NCBI GenBank assembly: GCA_025603075.1
Contig: MU626353.1
Coordinates: 4,681-68,680, forward strand
DNA: 64,000 nucleotides
Reading direction: 5' to 3'
Source of the DNA: Neoconidiobolus thromboides FSU 785
Lineage: Eukaryota; Fungi; Entomophthoromycota
The notes beneath the pieces are model-generated. The model did not search any database. It worked only from the letters and a program-made list of their open reading frames with translations, and was not told the DNA's origin. Both the position numbers and the translations under genes were made by a program. The number at the start of each line of letters is the position of its first letter. Within the stretch, counting starts at the first letter, position 1. Positions 11,961 to 27,000 of this stretch are shown piece after piece.

Positions 11961-12568
11961 ACCAATAAGTTTCTTATTTAGATTGATTTTAAGAAACAGT
12001 CATTTTCAAGTATTATATATACTGCTAATGTTAAGTCATCTTAACTTAGTTACCTTAAATTCCATAATAGCCTAAAATAAATGCGATAAAAGAGGCAATA
12101 TTCATAAATTAATTTTATTTTAAAGCAATTTAATTTGTATATAAAATTAAAATTTTAATTGCATATTGTTCATTTTATTTGAAACAATAATTTACAACTA
12201 TTACAATCTCTCCTACGACTTAATTAACTACTCATTTAAGAAAAAAATTGCCATCAAAACTAAACTAAAATATAAGAATCATGTCAAAAAAGTTGTCATA
12301 TAAATTGATTTGATCATAAAAATTGTTACTAAAAAGTCACAAAAGAGTTATAACAACTGCAAACCGCAAATTAAATCTAAGGTTAAGATTTTATACTGGG
12401 TGAAACTTAAATAGCCAGAGATTAAATTGCTATAAAAATAAAGTTACAAAATTGCCATTTTCAAGGAGGCGATTTTTAATTGTGGTAGTTTTACCATAGC
12501 CTTAATGAAATATATTACAGCTGTTAAGGCCCAAATATTTAGTTTCTCATAAAATCTCTTCAGTTGCC

Positions 12569-12799
12569 ATTTGGGGATATATTTTTGTATCTAACAATTT
12601 TACTAACAATTTTTTTACTAAAATAGCGCTTAAAAGATGGAAAAAGTAATGAAGTCAAAAAAATACCCTATTTGTTTTCTAGTTTTTTTAAAGCATATGG
12701 GAGTGTTTTTTTTGGCTTCATTACTTTTTCCATTTTTAAACACTATTTGAGTGGAAAAATTGTTAGTAAATTCTTAAACATAAAAATACATCCCCATAT
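12569..12799. mobile_element. Inverted pair of GGGGATGT-family copies (12569-12671 minus, 12695-12799 plus)
   Basis: Two consensus matches 23 bp apart in opposite orientation. Confidence 0.8.
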
Positions 12800-13443
12800 A
12801 ATCCTTAAGTTTTACCGAAATTTGATCTAAAATTTTATCCTTAAATGAACAGTTAATCATTATACAATTATACCCTGACAACTCTAAAAATAGCCTATAT
12901 TATATATGGTACTTTCAGAGCCAATATTCCTTTCTTTTGATAGTGATCGGTCTATTTTTTTGTTCAAAATGATCTCGTAGACACTTTTTGTAAAAATAGC
13001 TGCAAAAGTGATCCAAAAATATTTCAAGAAATTAACTTGTAGTGTATAAAAGGTATATCTTACATACGTTCTACATGTATTATGTAACTTAACACTACTT
13101 TCAGAAGATTTTGTTTAGCATTTTGCTCTTTTATTGAATACTAAAGAACTATACCTTTTTGAGCTATATTTATCTAGGGCTTAACTCAATGCTTTGTATT
13201 TTGAATTTTGTTTCTTGAGCTTATAAAAGTTACAATTTGATTCAATAAAGTAGCCAAGAACTCATACATTCCTATTGACTAATACTTTCATACTATAAAG
13301 GCACTTTAAATAAAAACATCTTGGTTTAAATTTTGTTCAAAGAATGAGGTTTATTAAAAACTACTTTGTATCGATTTTTATAATTTTATCAGCAATAAGG
13401 CTGCTTATCTAAAAATCGTTCTATCACTTTTTTGTATTTCAAG

Positions 13444-13547
13444 TGGGGATGTTTTTTTTGGTTTCATTATTTTTTTCATTTTTTGAGCACTACTTGAGTG
13501 GAAAGATTGTTAGTAAAATTCTTATACAAAAAAATACATCTCCAAAT
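13444..13547 (+). mobile_element. GGGGATGT-family MITE-like copy
   Basis: Consensus match. Confidence 0.8.
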
Positions 13548-14163
13548 AGTATTTTGCAAAAATTGATTTTTTGCTTGTTTAAAAAACATACATCAACAGA
13601 AATAAAGATAATCAAGTGCTGAGAACAATATATCAGTAGTATATTAAACTTAGTTGTAACTCATTTGTAATTACATTTACTTTAAAAATGGCTTTCATTT
13701 ATATTGAATTTTATGATTCAAACAATCTATAAAAATTTTAGTATAGCTATTAACATAATGCTATCTGCATAAATACTTGTTAATAATTTAAATTTAAATG
13801 TTTCAGATTGATCATAGAAAATAGCTTAAGGAGTTTCAATCATAAAGCAGCAAGTTTATTGCATTATAAGTCTATTTTATTAACCAAATGAAACACTCAT
13901 TTTATCAATATATCATCATCTTAGTGATAATAAAACTAGCAACATATATTGCCTACACCTTTCAAACCAAATACGTTCTCCTTGAAATTAGAATATTAAC
14001 TTCAATTTAGATTGCTGTTTTAATTTTTATTAACTTCAAATAATCTAGATTAAATAAGATAAAGTAGAAAAATAGGGTTAATTAAGGTGATGTGGTGTAG
14101 TAAAAAAAATGAAAATAAAACTATAAATAAGGATAAAATGATTGTAGTTAAAATAAATTTCAA

Positions 14164-16134
14164 ATGTTAAATACATATACTATTGTGAGTTATTTAGCAA
14201 CAGTTACTTTGTCTTTTTGGATTTATAAGGTATATTAGTCAGTAAATAAATCTAAAAATTAAATAACATATAGGTTATCAATGCCATCTTTTTTCATCCA
14301 TTGAAAAATGTTCCAGGACCTTTAATTTATCAGTTCTTTCCGCTTATTTTTATGGTAGATAGAATCACTGGAGGCTATCATATTACTTCCTTGAAACTAC
14401 ATAAAAAATATGGCAAGGCAGTAAGAACAGGTAATTTTTATACCGATTGAATAAAAAATAGCAACTAATAGCCGTATCCAACTTTTAGGCTGGAATTCAG
14501 TATCATTTTCGTCAAAAGAGGCAACTAAGATTATTTATTCTACTTATACCTTTAGAAAAAGTATAGTTTATGAAGGCTTTCACGTTTCTGGGGAAACCAC
14601 TTTAGTAACTAGGTATTCTATTATTGTCATTTACTCATAATTAGCTAAGTTATTCTATAGGGATCGTGACTTTCATAGAAAAAGAGTAAAAAAACAATTA
14701 ACTATAGAATGAGTATTTATTTTATTATGTATTTATTAGAAAAGAATCGTTGGTCCAAGTTATTCCGAGAGTTCCATAGCTTCTTTAGAAGCTTTATTTA
14801 ACGAAAAAGGGGTACAAAAACTTATCGAAAAGATTAAAGGGTATAGTTCACCAAACCAGAGCATCGATTTGGAAGTTGTCTTTCATTGTCTAACTCTGGT
14901 ATGATTTGATGTTATTTTTAATGTCACGAAGCTAGTCAAAGCTAAAGTTCAATTCATAGGATATCATTGGTGAATTAGCTTTTGGTAGATCCTTTAATAT
15001 GATTGATAATGGCTTTCATCCGGTTTTAGGTTGGATTAAAGATTACTTATTTTATTCAGCATTGGTAATTACACACTGTATAAATATAACAAGAATATAC
15101 TTAAAATTTAGAGAGGCTCATTGACGTTCTTGCGATCTTATGTTGATTCGGGCACCAAGCATCTATATGAAGTAAGTGTTAATATAAAAGTGGTTCTATA
15201 TTGTAACTAAAATAAAAATAGTTTGCCTACGAATCAATTGATAGTGCCAAAACACATAAGAACCGTAATACTATTTTGGAGTCCTTTTTAAACGCTGTAG
15301 ATCCAGAAACTGGAGTTAAGTTAACGAGCAAAGAAGTAGCCGAAGAAAGCATGCTACAAATGTAATTTCTATAAGTAATTTATTCGAATTTCATTAAATT
15401 TTAAAGATTCGCTGGTACCGATACTACTGCAAACGCCTTAATATGGTAGGAAGACAATATCAATATGAACTATGATTAACCTCTTTTAGGACATTTTATT
15501 TGTTGTTAAAGAACCCTGATAAATACAACAAATTAAATGATGAGATTCTGAAAGTATTTCCAGATAAGAATAGTATCACCTATAAAGATTGTAAGAAAAA
15601 ATGCCAATATTTGAATGCTGCAATCAATGAAAGTATGCGTATTTTTCCTTCAGTTGCAGGTACCTTAACAAGAGATACACCAAAAGGCGGAAAAATCATC
15701 GAAGGACACTTTATCCCAGAAGGAGTAAATAAATCATCAAAATTCAACTTTAAAATTTTAAAAATTATATAGACAATAGTAGGAACTAGCACATATGCAA
15801 TGCATAATTTAGAAGAGCATTTTGAAAATCCAGATTTTTACTTACCTGAAAGGTGGTTAAATGCAAAAGATGATTTTAAAGAAAACTTTATCCCCTTTTC
15901 AATTGGTCCAAGAGCTTGCTTGGGCAGAACGTAATTTAATTTAGTATTTTCCATTTCATAACTTAAATGTTATTTAGTTTAGCTATGATGGTATTGACTT
16001 TGACTACTGCGTCATTGATACGTAACTTTGAGTTCAGTTTAGTTGATGAAAAATTAGTTTTAAACTCAAGCTATCATATAGTATTAAAGCCTTATAATGG
16101 CAAATTATTGGTATGCTCTAAAATTAGAGAATAA
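14164..16134 (+). CDS. Cytochrome P450 monooxygenase, multi-exon
   Basis: Spliced translation gives an N-terminal TM anchor, HPLKNVPGP, LHKKYG, I-helix FAGTDTT, ExxR (NESMR), PERW and heme motif FSIGPRACLG, with canonical short introns. Confidence 0.93.
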
Positions 16135-16496
16135 ATATCATTAAAGTATATAATATTTTATAGTGTTGTTTATCATTTTTTAAGAGATTTATTAGTTTGA
16201 AGTAGTTATCCTAGGACTTTAAAGTCCTTCATTTAACTAAATTAAGCTTTTTAGAAAACACAACACAAAAGCATTAAAATGTGAATAAATCCAAAAAGCA
16301 TAGTTTTAGTTTGTTTTTGTGTTTTAAATCAATTTAGAACCTTAAAATGTCAAAAATGAAACTACGCTTACATTGAAAATAGTTACTTAGTTTGAAGTAT
16401 AATTATGTAAATGCTTCACAAATAAATATTTACTTTGAAATGAAAGATATACTAAAGAGATACATTCTTATAAGTTATTTATTCATAAATAAAAAG

Positions 16497-16739
16497 TTAA
16501 CAGTTGTTTGGGTTATAGATATCGATCCAACTACTAAAGGTACATTTACCGTTTGAGAGAATGTCATAGCAATCCCATTTTCCATTGTTCCAAGTCCAGC
16601 ATCTTGGGCAACTATAGCCATCGTAGCAAAAGTTCCCGCCATTTCCTCTATCACATCGCTCATTATTTGGATTTGGACAACGTGACACTACAAAGGGAAG
16701 GATAAAAGATAAAGCAAAGATTGATTGAGTGAATTTCAT
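16497..16739 (-). CDS. Small secreted cysteine-rich peptide (8 Cys)
   Basis: 80-aa ORF with signal-peptide-like MKFTQSIFALSFILPFVVS and a mature part of ~61 aa with 8 Cys. A degraded paralog lies nearby. Confidence 0.8.
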   Translation of the reverse strand: MKFTQSIFALSFILPFVVSRCPNPNNERCDRGNGGNFCYDGYSCPRCWTWNNGKWDCYDILSNGKCTFSSWIDIYNPNNC

Positions 16740-18818
16740 ATCTATTTAACTTGATTTTAATAAAATATAAATGATTATCTCTACAGTATTTATACTATTT
16801 TATTATCTTTTAAGTTATATAACATTTTTAAGTGATGTTTATTGTATCATATTTATAAAAAGAATATATTTATTATTATTATTAAACAAAGTTATTTTTA
16901 ACATGATATTCTAATAGTATTTCAGCTATTAGACTTACGTAGATGGAATATTATTAATTAATTTGTTTATTTTGTGCTAAATTTTACTAATTTTAATTTT
17001 AAATTTAAACAAGCATACTCTTTTGTTGTTATTTTTAAAATGCATAATTAATTTAGAATTTGTTTTAACTATAATTACTTTTTTCTTTATATTTGAAATC
17101 TTCAAGTAAACCGATCGTAGAAGATAGATTAGATCGGAGAGTTATGAAGATCTGCACATTCTCTCATGTATTGTAAGAAGAAACAAAAGTAATTTCGATT
17201 GTCCCTATTAGAAAACACATTGAATGGCTATTAACATAGCCATTAGTCTAATCTTATTGGTCAAAGCATATTTTATTAAAATAGAATAGGCTTTATTTAA
17301 AGCTGCTTTTTTTATTGTGGGTTTAATATCAACAAATCCTTTTGACATATTCTATTTTTATTCTATCTATCCATTTAATATGCACCTATTAGTAGGCCTT
17401 CAATAAGAAATTCAAAGGAATTAGACAATTTTTTAAATCAATTTTCATGTGGATTAAGTTTTAAGTAATTTTACTTATTAGCTGACATTAAAGATATAAA
17501 TAACTGTATTTCTAATTTTAAATCAGTCAATTTATCATTTAGTTTTCTATCAATGCTGTACGAGATTTGTGCTATTTATAAAATTAACTTATAATTTTTT
17601 TATACATGGATACTTGGACTCAAATATTTATGTTGCTTCTTGCTATATTCAGCCTTTTTAAAATACTGCTTATCTTTCTGGTGAATTTATAACCAGTGCT
17701 GGATTATAAATAACTCATGCTAAGTATAATAAAATTACTGTTAATGAAACTATCAATTAAGGCATTGACAATTCCCTGTTATTTTACTACCTGGTTTCTT
17801 ATTATAGCCCTTTCACAGTTTCACTGTTTTCTTTCTAACCTTAAGCTGGGAAGATAGAAACCAAAATCCTTTGCTTCTTTTCAGAATAAATCTTTAATTT
17901 TATCTATCACCATGTTTTTATTAAAATAAAATCCTTAAGTTTTAAGACCTTTCAAGGTATTATACATATATATTACCTCCTTAATAGACTCTTTAATAAT
18001 CATCTATTATGTTATACCATTCTTACTGGGGTGTTCATAGCTTTGGTTTTCAGGACAGAGTCGAAACTATAATATCAATCCATTACTTCATTTAAGTACC
18101 ATTTCTAACTTAACATACAAACTCTATACTAATAAGTACATATATTCATAAATTTCTTATAGATTAGTAGTAGCTGCGAACTAAAAAGACAAATATTACA
18201 AAATATGAAAGTAAACATTATGATTTTTTGTTTTTAAAATATTTTTATTTAAAAATATCTTACACGTTTAATGACCATACCTTGTAAAAACCAAAGCATG
18301 GCCTCAGAGGTGTAACGTTTGCTCGAGGCGTTGTTTAAAAAGCCTACAATCATTATCTAATTGGTACTAGAGTACAACCCATGATGAATAGAGATAAGTT
18401 GGAAAAAATAGACTTAATCTATTATGACCAACAAACTTCTAAAGTTCTATTATTGAGATTTCAGTCTATTTAATAAAACCCCGATTTTTTTTTGACATTT
18501 TAAGTTTATGGGATTGAAGTTCAAACTTTAATTAGTTACATAATAATAGAATTGTGTTAAAAATAATATAATCAAAGTTAATAATTTCTTAAAGGCTATT
18601 TATAGCCTTTGAAATAACATTTAACTGTATGTAATTTATTTAACAACATAAATATTAAACTATTAAATTATTTATCATAGACAGGCTAATTTACAAAAGT
18701 ATACTAAGTTTGAAGACCTGTTTTTTCACATCACTTATTTTAATTGGACCAAATGTTTAGGATTTAGATAAAAGCTATAAAATGAAAACATCATTTTTTT
18801 AAAAAAAATTAATATAAA

Positions 18819-19194
18819 ATGTCAAAAGCAACAAACGCAGCTACCGTATTAGGAGGAGGATTTGTATTTTGGTTAGTGGTATTATTGAACTGGGTTCCAT
18901 TGCCAATATCAGAAACTTTTTTAACCAAAGTATGGCCAACAGTAAGTGTTTTTATTTTTAGATGATTAAATTTATCAAAATTAGCTTCCATTTGTAGCAT
19001 TAGTAGGATTCGCTTCTTATTCTTTAGTTAACATTGGCTATAGCTTAATCACATTCCGTGACTGCCCAGAAGCTCATGAAGAATTGATGAAGGTAAACAA
19101 CTATATTTTTTATTTAATAAATTAAATACGAATTGAATAGGAAATTGATGTTGCTATCACTGATCTTCGTTCTAAAAACGTTACTGTTGATTAA
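18819..19194 (+). CDS. DPM3: Dolichol-phosphate mannosyltransferase subunit 3 (3 exons)
   Basis: Exons 18819-18941, 18985-19092 and 19141-19194 give MSKATNAA...LPFVALVGFASYSLVNIGYSLITFRDCPEAHEELMKEIDVAITDLRSKNVTVD, matching the DPM3 motif FxDCPEAxxEL. Confidence 0.92.
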
Positions 19195-20000
19195 ATAAAT
19201 TTTAAAAGTATAAAAAGAATGTAAATTTATACAAAGCTCAAGATGCAAATGTATTAAAACATAGTTTGGTAATTTTGTATAGGGATCAATCAGTATAAAG
19301 GCTTATTTTAAATTTAAGTTATAATTACTGACAAATTTTTAGCTGATGCTCTAACCAGGATGGATAAGTTATCAAAGCCCATATTAGGAAAACTTTTATT
19401 TCAATTATAATAAATAGTCTTAATCAATTTATTACTATCAGTAACTATACATTTAATATTCAATTTTAACTTCGTCAAACGTTATAAATAACAATTAATT
19501 ATCAACTTACATCTAAATTTGTATTTTGATTTAATATTGCAACAATAATGAGACAATTTATGTGCTGTATTTGGTGATATCAGTAAGTAGAGTAGTGAGT
19601 TTCCATTTATTTTTTACATGTGATATTATTCTGTCTTTAGATGCAATTAAATTTTGTGCATTTGTTTAGGAACTTTGTATATTTAAGTTAAAGAACCTCT
19701 ATACTTATTTAATTCTTAAATGAAACCGTTTGTTATAACCTTAATGTTTCTAAATAAAAACAATTTAAACATCTTATTTTTTATCATAATGAATTATTTG
19801 AATAACAAACAATCGATGTATTAGGTTAATCCTTTAGAAAGTTGTCTTAGTTATATTTAGACAGAATTAAATCCAAACATAAAGAAGCTTATTAAGCTTT
19901 CAAGATACTAAAATTTTATTCATTTTAGCTTTAATTATAATTATCAAGTAATGTTTAAATGAAACTTCAAATATAGTATGACCAAAATGACCAAGTATAG

Positions 20001-20100
20001 ATATGGTGATATATTTTTTGTTTAACAATTTTGCTAACAATTTTCTTACTTAAATGATACTTAAAAATGGAAAAAGCAATAAACTAAAAAAACACCCTTA
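20001..20100 (-). mobile_element. GGGGATGT-family MITE-like copy (degraded)
   Basis: Reverse consensus match. Confidence 0.7.
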
Positions 20101-20912
20101 CACTGTTTTTATTTTGATATGAAAAATACAAAAACACATTAACATCAAAGTGTGACAATATAGTCCTTTAAATTTTAGTTTTAAATTAGCTTTTTATGCT
20201 ATGAGATTATAATAAACAGTATTATCTTTAGGAATTCCAATATAATTTTTAAATTAGTTAGATTATAGTATCACTACAAGTTTGTAAAGATTACTCACTA
20301 AAACAATGTATATTTGATAAGAAGTCTTTAAAGTACTTGTTAAAAGAATAGTGTTCAAGGTATCAATAAAAGTAAAACCAATCAGAAGAGTGACCTATAT
20401 TCTAACTAAATTAAAAGTTTGATAGTTGTATTATAGCCAAACTATAACAATTTTATCATCCGCTTTATTGCATAATTGTGATTTAAATTTATATATTTAA
20501 AATTTTATTTGAAAACTAAAATGTATGAAAAGAGAAATAACTAAAAAGTATAATAGACTAAATTAAAAATTAAACTCCCTGAAAACATAATAGGATAGCT
20601 ACATAGATAAAACCGAAATAAAATAACTGCATAATAAATAAAATAAAAGCAGTGTTTTGTACAAATAAACAAAATTGAATAGCTTTTATTAAAATTTAAA
20701 CCAATATCAGTCAAGTCATAAGTATTGGAAAAAAGAATAAAATAAGTATAAAAGTATAAACCCGATATTATGAGTCAAAAATACACAGAGTTAATACAGA
20801 TAATAAATTATAAAAATAATTGAAACTAACTTTAAAAAGTTATAGAATCTTCCAGAACTAAGTTAGAGTAGTATAAAATAACTATATACCAAAACACAAA
20901 TTGAAAAATAAA

Positions 20913-22284
20913 ATGGTATTAAATAATGATAATTTAGTATCGGTTGAAGATAAAAAAGAAATGAATAACTCAAAATATAGCTTGGTAATTGTAGCTTGTA
21001 GTTTTTTAATGCAAGCGTGTACCTTTGGTACTACCATAAGCTATGGTGTATTTATAGATTATTATTCCAAAGTAGTGTTTCCTGATAGTGAATATAGTAT
21101 AATTTCGCTAATTGGAATTATAGCGCCCGCCTTAATAGCCTTCACTTCACCATTGGCTGGTAAACTGGCTAATAAAATTGGTTTAAAAAAAGGGATTCTT
21201 ATTGGTACTACTTTCATTACTTTAAGTTATCTTCTAGCTTCATTCTCGTTTAAGGTAGTTCATTACTATTGTTAGTGTTAAATAATATTTAATTTTATAA
21301 ATAGGTTTGGCATTTGTTATTGACCCAAGGAATTATGTTTGGCATTGGCGGTGGATTAGTTTTTGTACCAGCTAATGTAATTGTTAGTCAATGGTTTACT
21401 AAAAACCGTGGATTAGCATTAGGGATAGGTACAGCTGGATCTGGTATTGGGGGTATGGCGTTTAGTGTTTTAAATGGGTATTTGTTACCCCAAGTAGGAT
21501 TTGAATGGACTTTAAGATATAATTGTATTATTTTATTTTCCTGTTTAATAGTTTCAATCCTTTTACTTAAAGAAAGGAAGCCTGACAGTGATAATACTGC
21601 AAACAATAATAAGATCAATATTGTAGCTAAACCTGAGAGCAAAAGGAGAATGCTTTTATCAGGAAAGTTTTTATTATTTTCATTATCAAATTCACTTTTC
21701 GTTTCAGCCCATTTTATCTCATTATATTATTTACCACCCTATGCGATATCAATCAATTTAACTAATGAGCAAGGGGCTGCATTAGTAGCTATATTAAGTG
21801 CATCGAATGCAGTAGGAAGGATAATATTTGGTTTTATTGGTGATAAATTTGGTCATCTAAATATATATATCATATCTTTAGCATTAACTAGTATATTAAT
21901 GATATTATGGCGGTTTTCATTTAATTATGTAGCTTTAATATTTTTTTCTATTTTATATGGACTTCCTTCTGGTGGATTAGCCACACTATTTCCTTCCTCT
22001 TGTGCTGAAGTATTTGGTATATTTTAATATTACTTTAGTTTTTTAATCACTTATTATACTTATTAGGACTTGAAAATATGGCAGTAGTGATGGGATACGC
22101 TTATGCACCTGCCGGATTAGCTGAACTGGTGGGTCCACCAATAGCTGGATTAATATATGATTACACTTTGGATTATAGTAATCTTACCTATTATGCAATG
22201 GCAATATTCTTAGTGAGTACTTTTTCATCCTATGCCGTCAAAACGTTTTATTTAAAGAAAAGCACTATAGATAGCATTGCTTAA
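20913..22284 (+). CDS. MFS transporter, monocarboxylate porter (MCT/MCH-like) family, 3 exons
   Basis: Exons 20913-21254, 21305-22016 and 22067-22284 (~423 aa). Motifs QWFTKNRGLALGIGTAGSGIGG, GRIIFGFIGDKFG and GPPIAG; many hydrophobic TM segments. Confidence 0.92.
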
Positions 22285-23050
22285 ATTAAACTTTATTTTA
22301 AAACAAATATTATGAGTTAAATGTAATTATTTAATTTACGAAAAATTTATATTCTATTATTATTTTAATGAAATTCAAAGCTTTTTATCGTACTTTTTTG
22401 CTTCTAGAGTTATAAAACAAGTTTTTTAAATTTTATAGTTATTTTATACACCATTGTTATTATTATAAAAATATTTTAAAAATAAGAATTTATTAAACCT
22501 AGTTTAAATCTAAAACTCCAATACATCTGAGTTTAAAAAACTCCTTTGCTTTAGACAACTAACTAATCCCATAAACATAAAAACTTTATCTCTTGACTAA
22601 GCAGAAATTACCAAAAATAGTAAACTTTTATCGTCCAACGTATTTTCTTTTGTCCTGATAATAGACTTATTATAATAATAAGTTTATTGCTGAAAGTACT
22701 AAGAAGGAGTGGAAACGAATGACGGATAATGTTCTATATTTTCAATGGAATTAATTATTCTATATTACGGTTCACATTTTGAAAATTATAAATTTGAAAC
22801 TCTTATAATATTTGAATTCAAAGATTTGAAGTTAAATATTGAACAATAAAATTTTAAGTTTTGCATGTGCGTACAAAGCAGTATATGCGTCTGTATTGTA
22901 AGTTCACTTAATAGTAGTACCCTTGCTAATAGAGACTAAAAATTCAGTATTAGCAATATTAAAATTCAAGTTCTAATACAAATGAATTCTATTAACTGTT
23001 TCAATTCCAATCGATATATGAAAATACAAGCCAAAAAAACTTTGGTACTA

Positions 23051-23765
23051 TATAAGGATATATTTTCGAGTTTTACTAATAGCTTTTCCGTTCAAATAAT
23101 GCTCAAAAAATAGAAAAAGTGATGAAGCCAAAAAAAATATTGCTAATATAGAAGATTGATTGCTTAAATTTTTAAATTACATTTTTTCAATAAATCTAAA
23201 CTATGAAAGTAAAAGGTTATAACAGTATAGCTTTTACTTTAAGAGATACCCTGATATTTTATAAAAAATAGGATGTTGCAATTAAATAAATTGATAAAAT
23301 ATTTTATAGTTTAATTAATTTAATTGAATTTAATAAATTTTATTTTAATATATGAGAGTGTTTTTTCGGTTTCACTATTTTTTCTATCTTTTAAGCGCCA
23401 TTTAAGCGGAAAATTTGTTAGTAAAATTCTCAAACACAAAAATATATTCCCAATATTAAATAAAAAATAATAACAATAAAAAACTTGTTTTTATAGAATT
23501 TTAAGCAGTTTTTAACATAAAATATTTAAAGGTTGGATAAAAGAATGAAACAAAATTAGACATCTTTGATTAATATAAAATTGGTTAGTAAATGTACTAA
23601 ATTTGAAATAGGCTTATATTTTTATAATAGATTGAAAATATTTTAATAATTTAAATAATTTTATTTGAGGATGTATTTTTGTATTTGAATTTTACTAACA
23701 AGTTTTCCACTCAAATAGCGTTTAAAAGATCGAAAAAGTAATGAAGCCACAAAAACATCCTCATT
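23051..23765. mobile_element. Three GGGGATGT-family copies (23051-23148 minus, 23350-23456 plus, 23663-23765 minus)
   Basis: Consensus matches in alternating orientation. Confidence 0.78.
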
Positions 23766-24061
23766 TTATTGCTTATATCAACTACAACCTTTATAATGAT
23801 ATTTATTATTGATTTTTAACACTAATAAATAATAAAGTAGTTTTCAAATTAATTTTATAATTAATTTTATGCACTGCTGTTTGCCAAAATTATTAAAATA
23901 TGAGAAACCAATTTAATATTATTAACTAAATATCAAATGATAGAATATAAATAAAACAATATTAACATTGTAAATAAATAATAAATAATAAATAACAATA
24001 ATATAAATTTATTGTAAAGATAGGTGTATAATTTGAATATGACTCATAAAAATCTTTCAAC

Positions 24062-27000
24062 TTAAGCAAATCTTATTTTAAGTGTAATAATTTGAAACGG
24101 TTTAAACTTAAGTTGAATTCCTTTATCTTTTAAATGTTCGATAATATTTAAAGGCATCACATCATCTTCCAAAATATTAGAAAGTTGAACATCAATTACT
24201 GGAATATTAATAATAAGTAAAGGATTACTATGAGCCCCAGCTGATTCATAAAATCTCAAAATAACAGCATTATTATCATCTTCTGCAATTTTGACCGTTT
24301 CTAAAATAACACTATCCGTTGTATCAAATTTATTAGGTTTTAATTGAAATAAATGAATATTTTGATTGTTGCTAAATATTTCCATATTGGATTTACTTTT
24401 ATGTGCTTTTAAAGGTGAGTTAAATGCATGTGCATATTTTGGTACATTAGCATCTGAGAAGGTACCGCCATGAGGATATAAAGTATACTTAAATTGATGG
24501 TTACCAATATCGCAATATTTATCAGGTGACTTTGGACTACGAATTAAAGATAATCTCATTGTTGAACCGTGAGTTGCAAACCCATATTTACTATCATTAA
24601 TAACTGATAATCCATAACCAGTTTCTTGTAATGTAGCGAATTTATGTGAACACACTTCAAATTTAGCTAAATCCCAACTAGTATTAAAATGAGTTGGTCT
24701 TCGTATAATCCCAAATTGAGTTTCATAGATAGCATGGTCCGATCTTAAATTGGTATTAAATTCTACTTTTAAAAATTTACGATTTTCATTCCAAAATACA
24801 TTTGTATCAAATTCAATCATTTTAGATGTTGCTGTTAATTTGATAATTTGTTTCATAGAAGAATTGTTACTCAATTTATAATCTACTAATATAGAACTAA
24901 CCAATGGTCCTTGGTCTTCAATATTTATTAAATGTCCATGACATAAATCATATTTTTCTAAATGATATACTTCTGCGTCCCACGCATCCCAATATAATGG
25001 TACATCTTCATATATTTTAAATAAATTAGCTAATTTACCTTCTTCAATAACTTCTCGATTATGCACAAGATCGAGTAAACTAATAATTTGTCCAGTAGAA
25101 TTGATAACTACTTTGATATATCGATTACGTAAGATATAAGTACCATTGGACGCAATGTATTCTAAACTAACTTTATCTTCTTCTTTAGTTGCTTCAATAG
25201 TAACAGAATCCGATAAAGTTAATGGTGCAGCTTTGTCAACTTCAACATAACCAAATTGTTTATTTTTAGATATTTGCATGCCGGGTTTAATATCCTTTTC
25301 ATTTTCTAATGGGATAGTAACAATTTCAGAACGGTCCCAAGCGGATGGATTTAATATTTTATAATCAAAAGTATCAAATTCGTTGGAATCACCTAATATA
25401 ACTTTAGCTGCTTTTTTAATCAATTCCTTTCCTTTTTTATCTACTTCTTCATAAAATTTAATAGCATCTTCATAAACTAATCCAATTGAGGAGCCTGGTA
25501 AAACATCATGAAATTGATTTAAACAAACTAACTTCCAAAGATGGGTTAATTCTTCGTGAGGATATTGAGCATTTGCTTTGACTCTAGCTAATGTCCAAAA
25601 CAACTCTACTTCTCTTAATAAAAATTCACAATATCGATTATATTTTTTAATAATAGCATGGGAGGTATATGTACCACGATGCAATTCTAAATAGAGCTCA
25701 CCATCCCATTCAGGTAGCTCGTTGACTTCATCTAAATTGGCAATTTCATCATAAAATTCTAAGGCATTTCCCATTTTTACTTTAGGTAATCCTTCTACAT
25801 CTTTGAGTCGGTTCATTCTTTCGATCATTGATGGTAAAGGTCCACCTCCGCCATCTCCATTACCAAATAAATATAGACCTTGATTAGCAATGGCTTTATC
25901 TTTATTATTTGATACTGAATATAAAATCTCTTCAATGTTTACTTGTGCATTGTAAGTATCACCTGGAGCCATATGAGCTAATACTCTAGTACCATCAATA
26001 CCTTTCCAAAAGAAAGTAGTATGTGGAAATTTATTGATATTATTCCACGATAATTTTTGAGTAAAAAAATAATCCATTTTAGCTTCTTTAATAATTTGAG
26101 GTAATTGAGCAGAATAACCAAAGGTATCAGGTAGCCAAAAAATTCGACATCTTTTACCAAATTCTTTTTCAAAATATCGTTGTCCTAATAAGAACTGTCG
26201 ACAAAATCCTTCTCCAGAAGGTATATTACAATCCATTTCTACCCAAGTACCACCAATTGGTAAAAATTGTTTTTTTTCTACCTTTTCACAAACTCTTTTA
26301 AATAAAGTTGGATAAAGTTGTTGTAGCCATTCAAATTGTTGAGCTTGAGAACAGACAAAAGTAAATTCAGGATATTTTTCCATTAATTGAAGTTGAGTGG
26401 ACCATGATCTAGCTACTTTACGTTTAGTTTCATCATAAGGCCAAAGCCAAGCAGTATCAATATGACAATGACCAACTGCAACAAGAGTATGATTATTAAT
26501 CGGACCAGTAGAGCTTAAAAAGGCAGAAGATAATTCAAAACATTCCTTCAAACTATCTTCATTTCTTTCTTCCCTTTGAAATGTATTCATAATTTTATTA
26601 GCTACAAATAAAGCTCTTTCCTGACGATATGATTTCTCTGGTAGTTTTTTTGCCATATCTCGAATCAATTGAAAATCATAAAAAACCTTAAAAGCCATTT
26701 TATTAGGTATAGCTAACTCGGCCATTCGAATTGGATATTCTCTTTCTTCTGGTGGGCCAATTAAATAAGGCCCAGTACCAAACAATCCATTACACGCCAT
26801 TTCTAAATAAAATTCAAAGACTTCTCCTCCTTTACAAGATTCAGTTAACACATATTCTAACCTCTGATTTCCTCCCCCTTCCCCTGTTAATGCTTGAATA
26901 GGATCTCCATCAGTAGAATAAATTAATACTTCTGAATCCGAGTTCCAACGGAATTGCACTTCTTCTCCTTTCCAATCTTCAGGTACCCTAGCTGTAATAT

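Noticed and set aside
18809-19000. Minus-strand 63-aa ORF
   Set aside because: Antisense to the spliced DPM3 gene.
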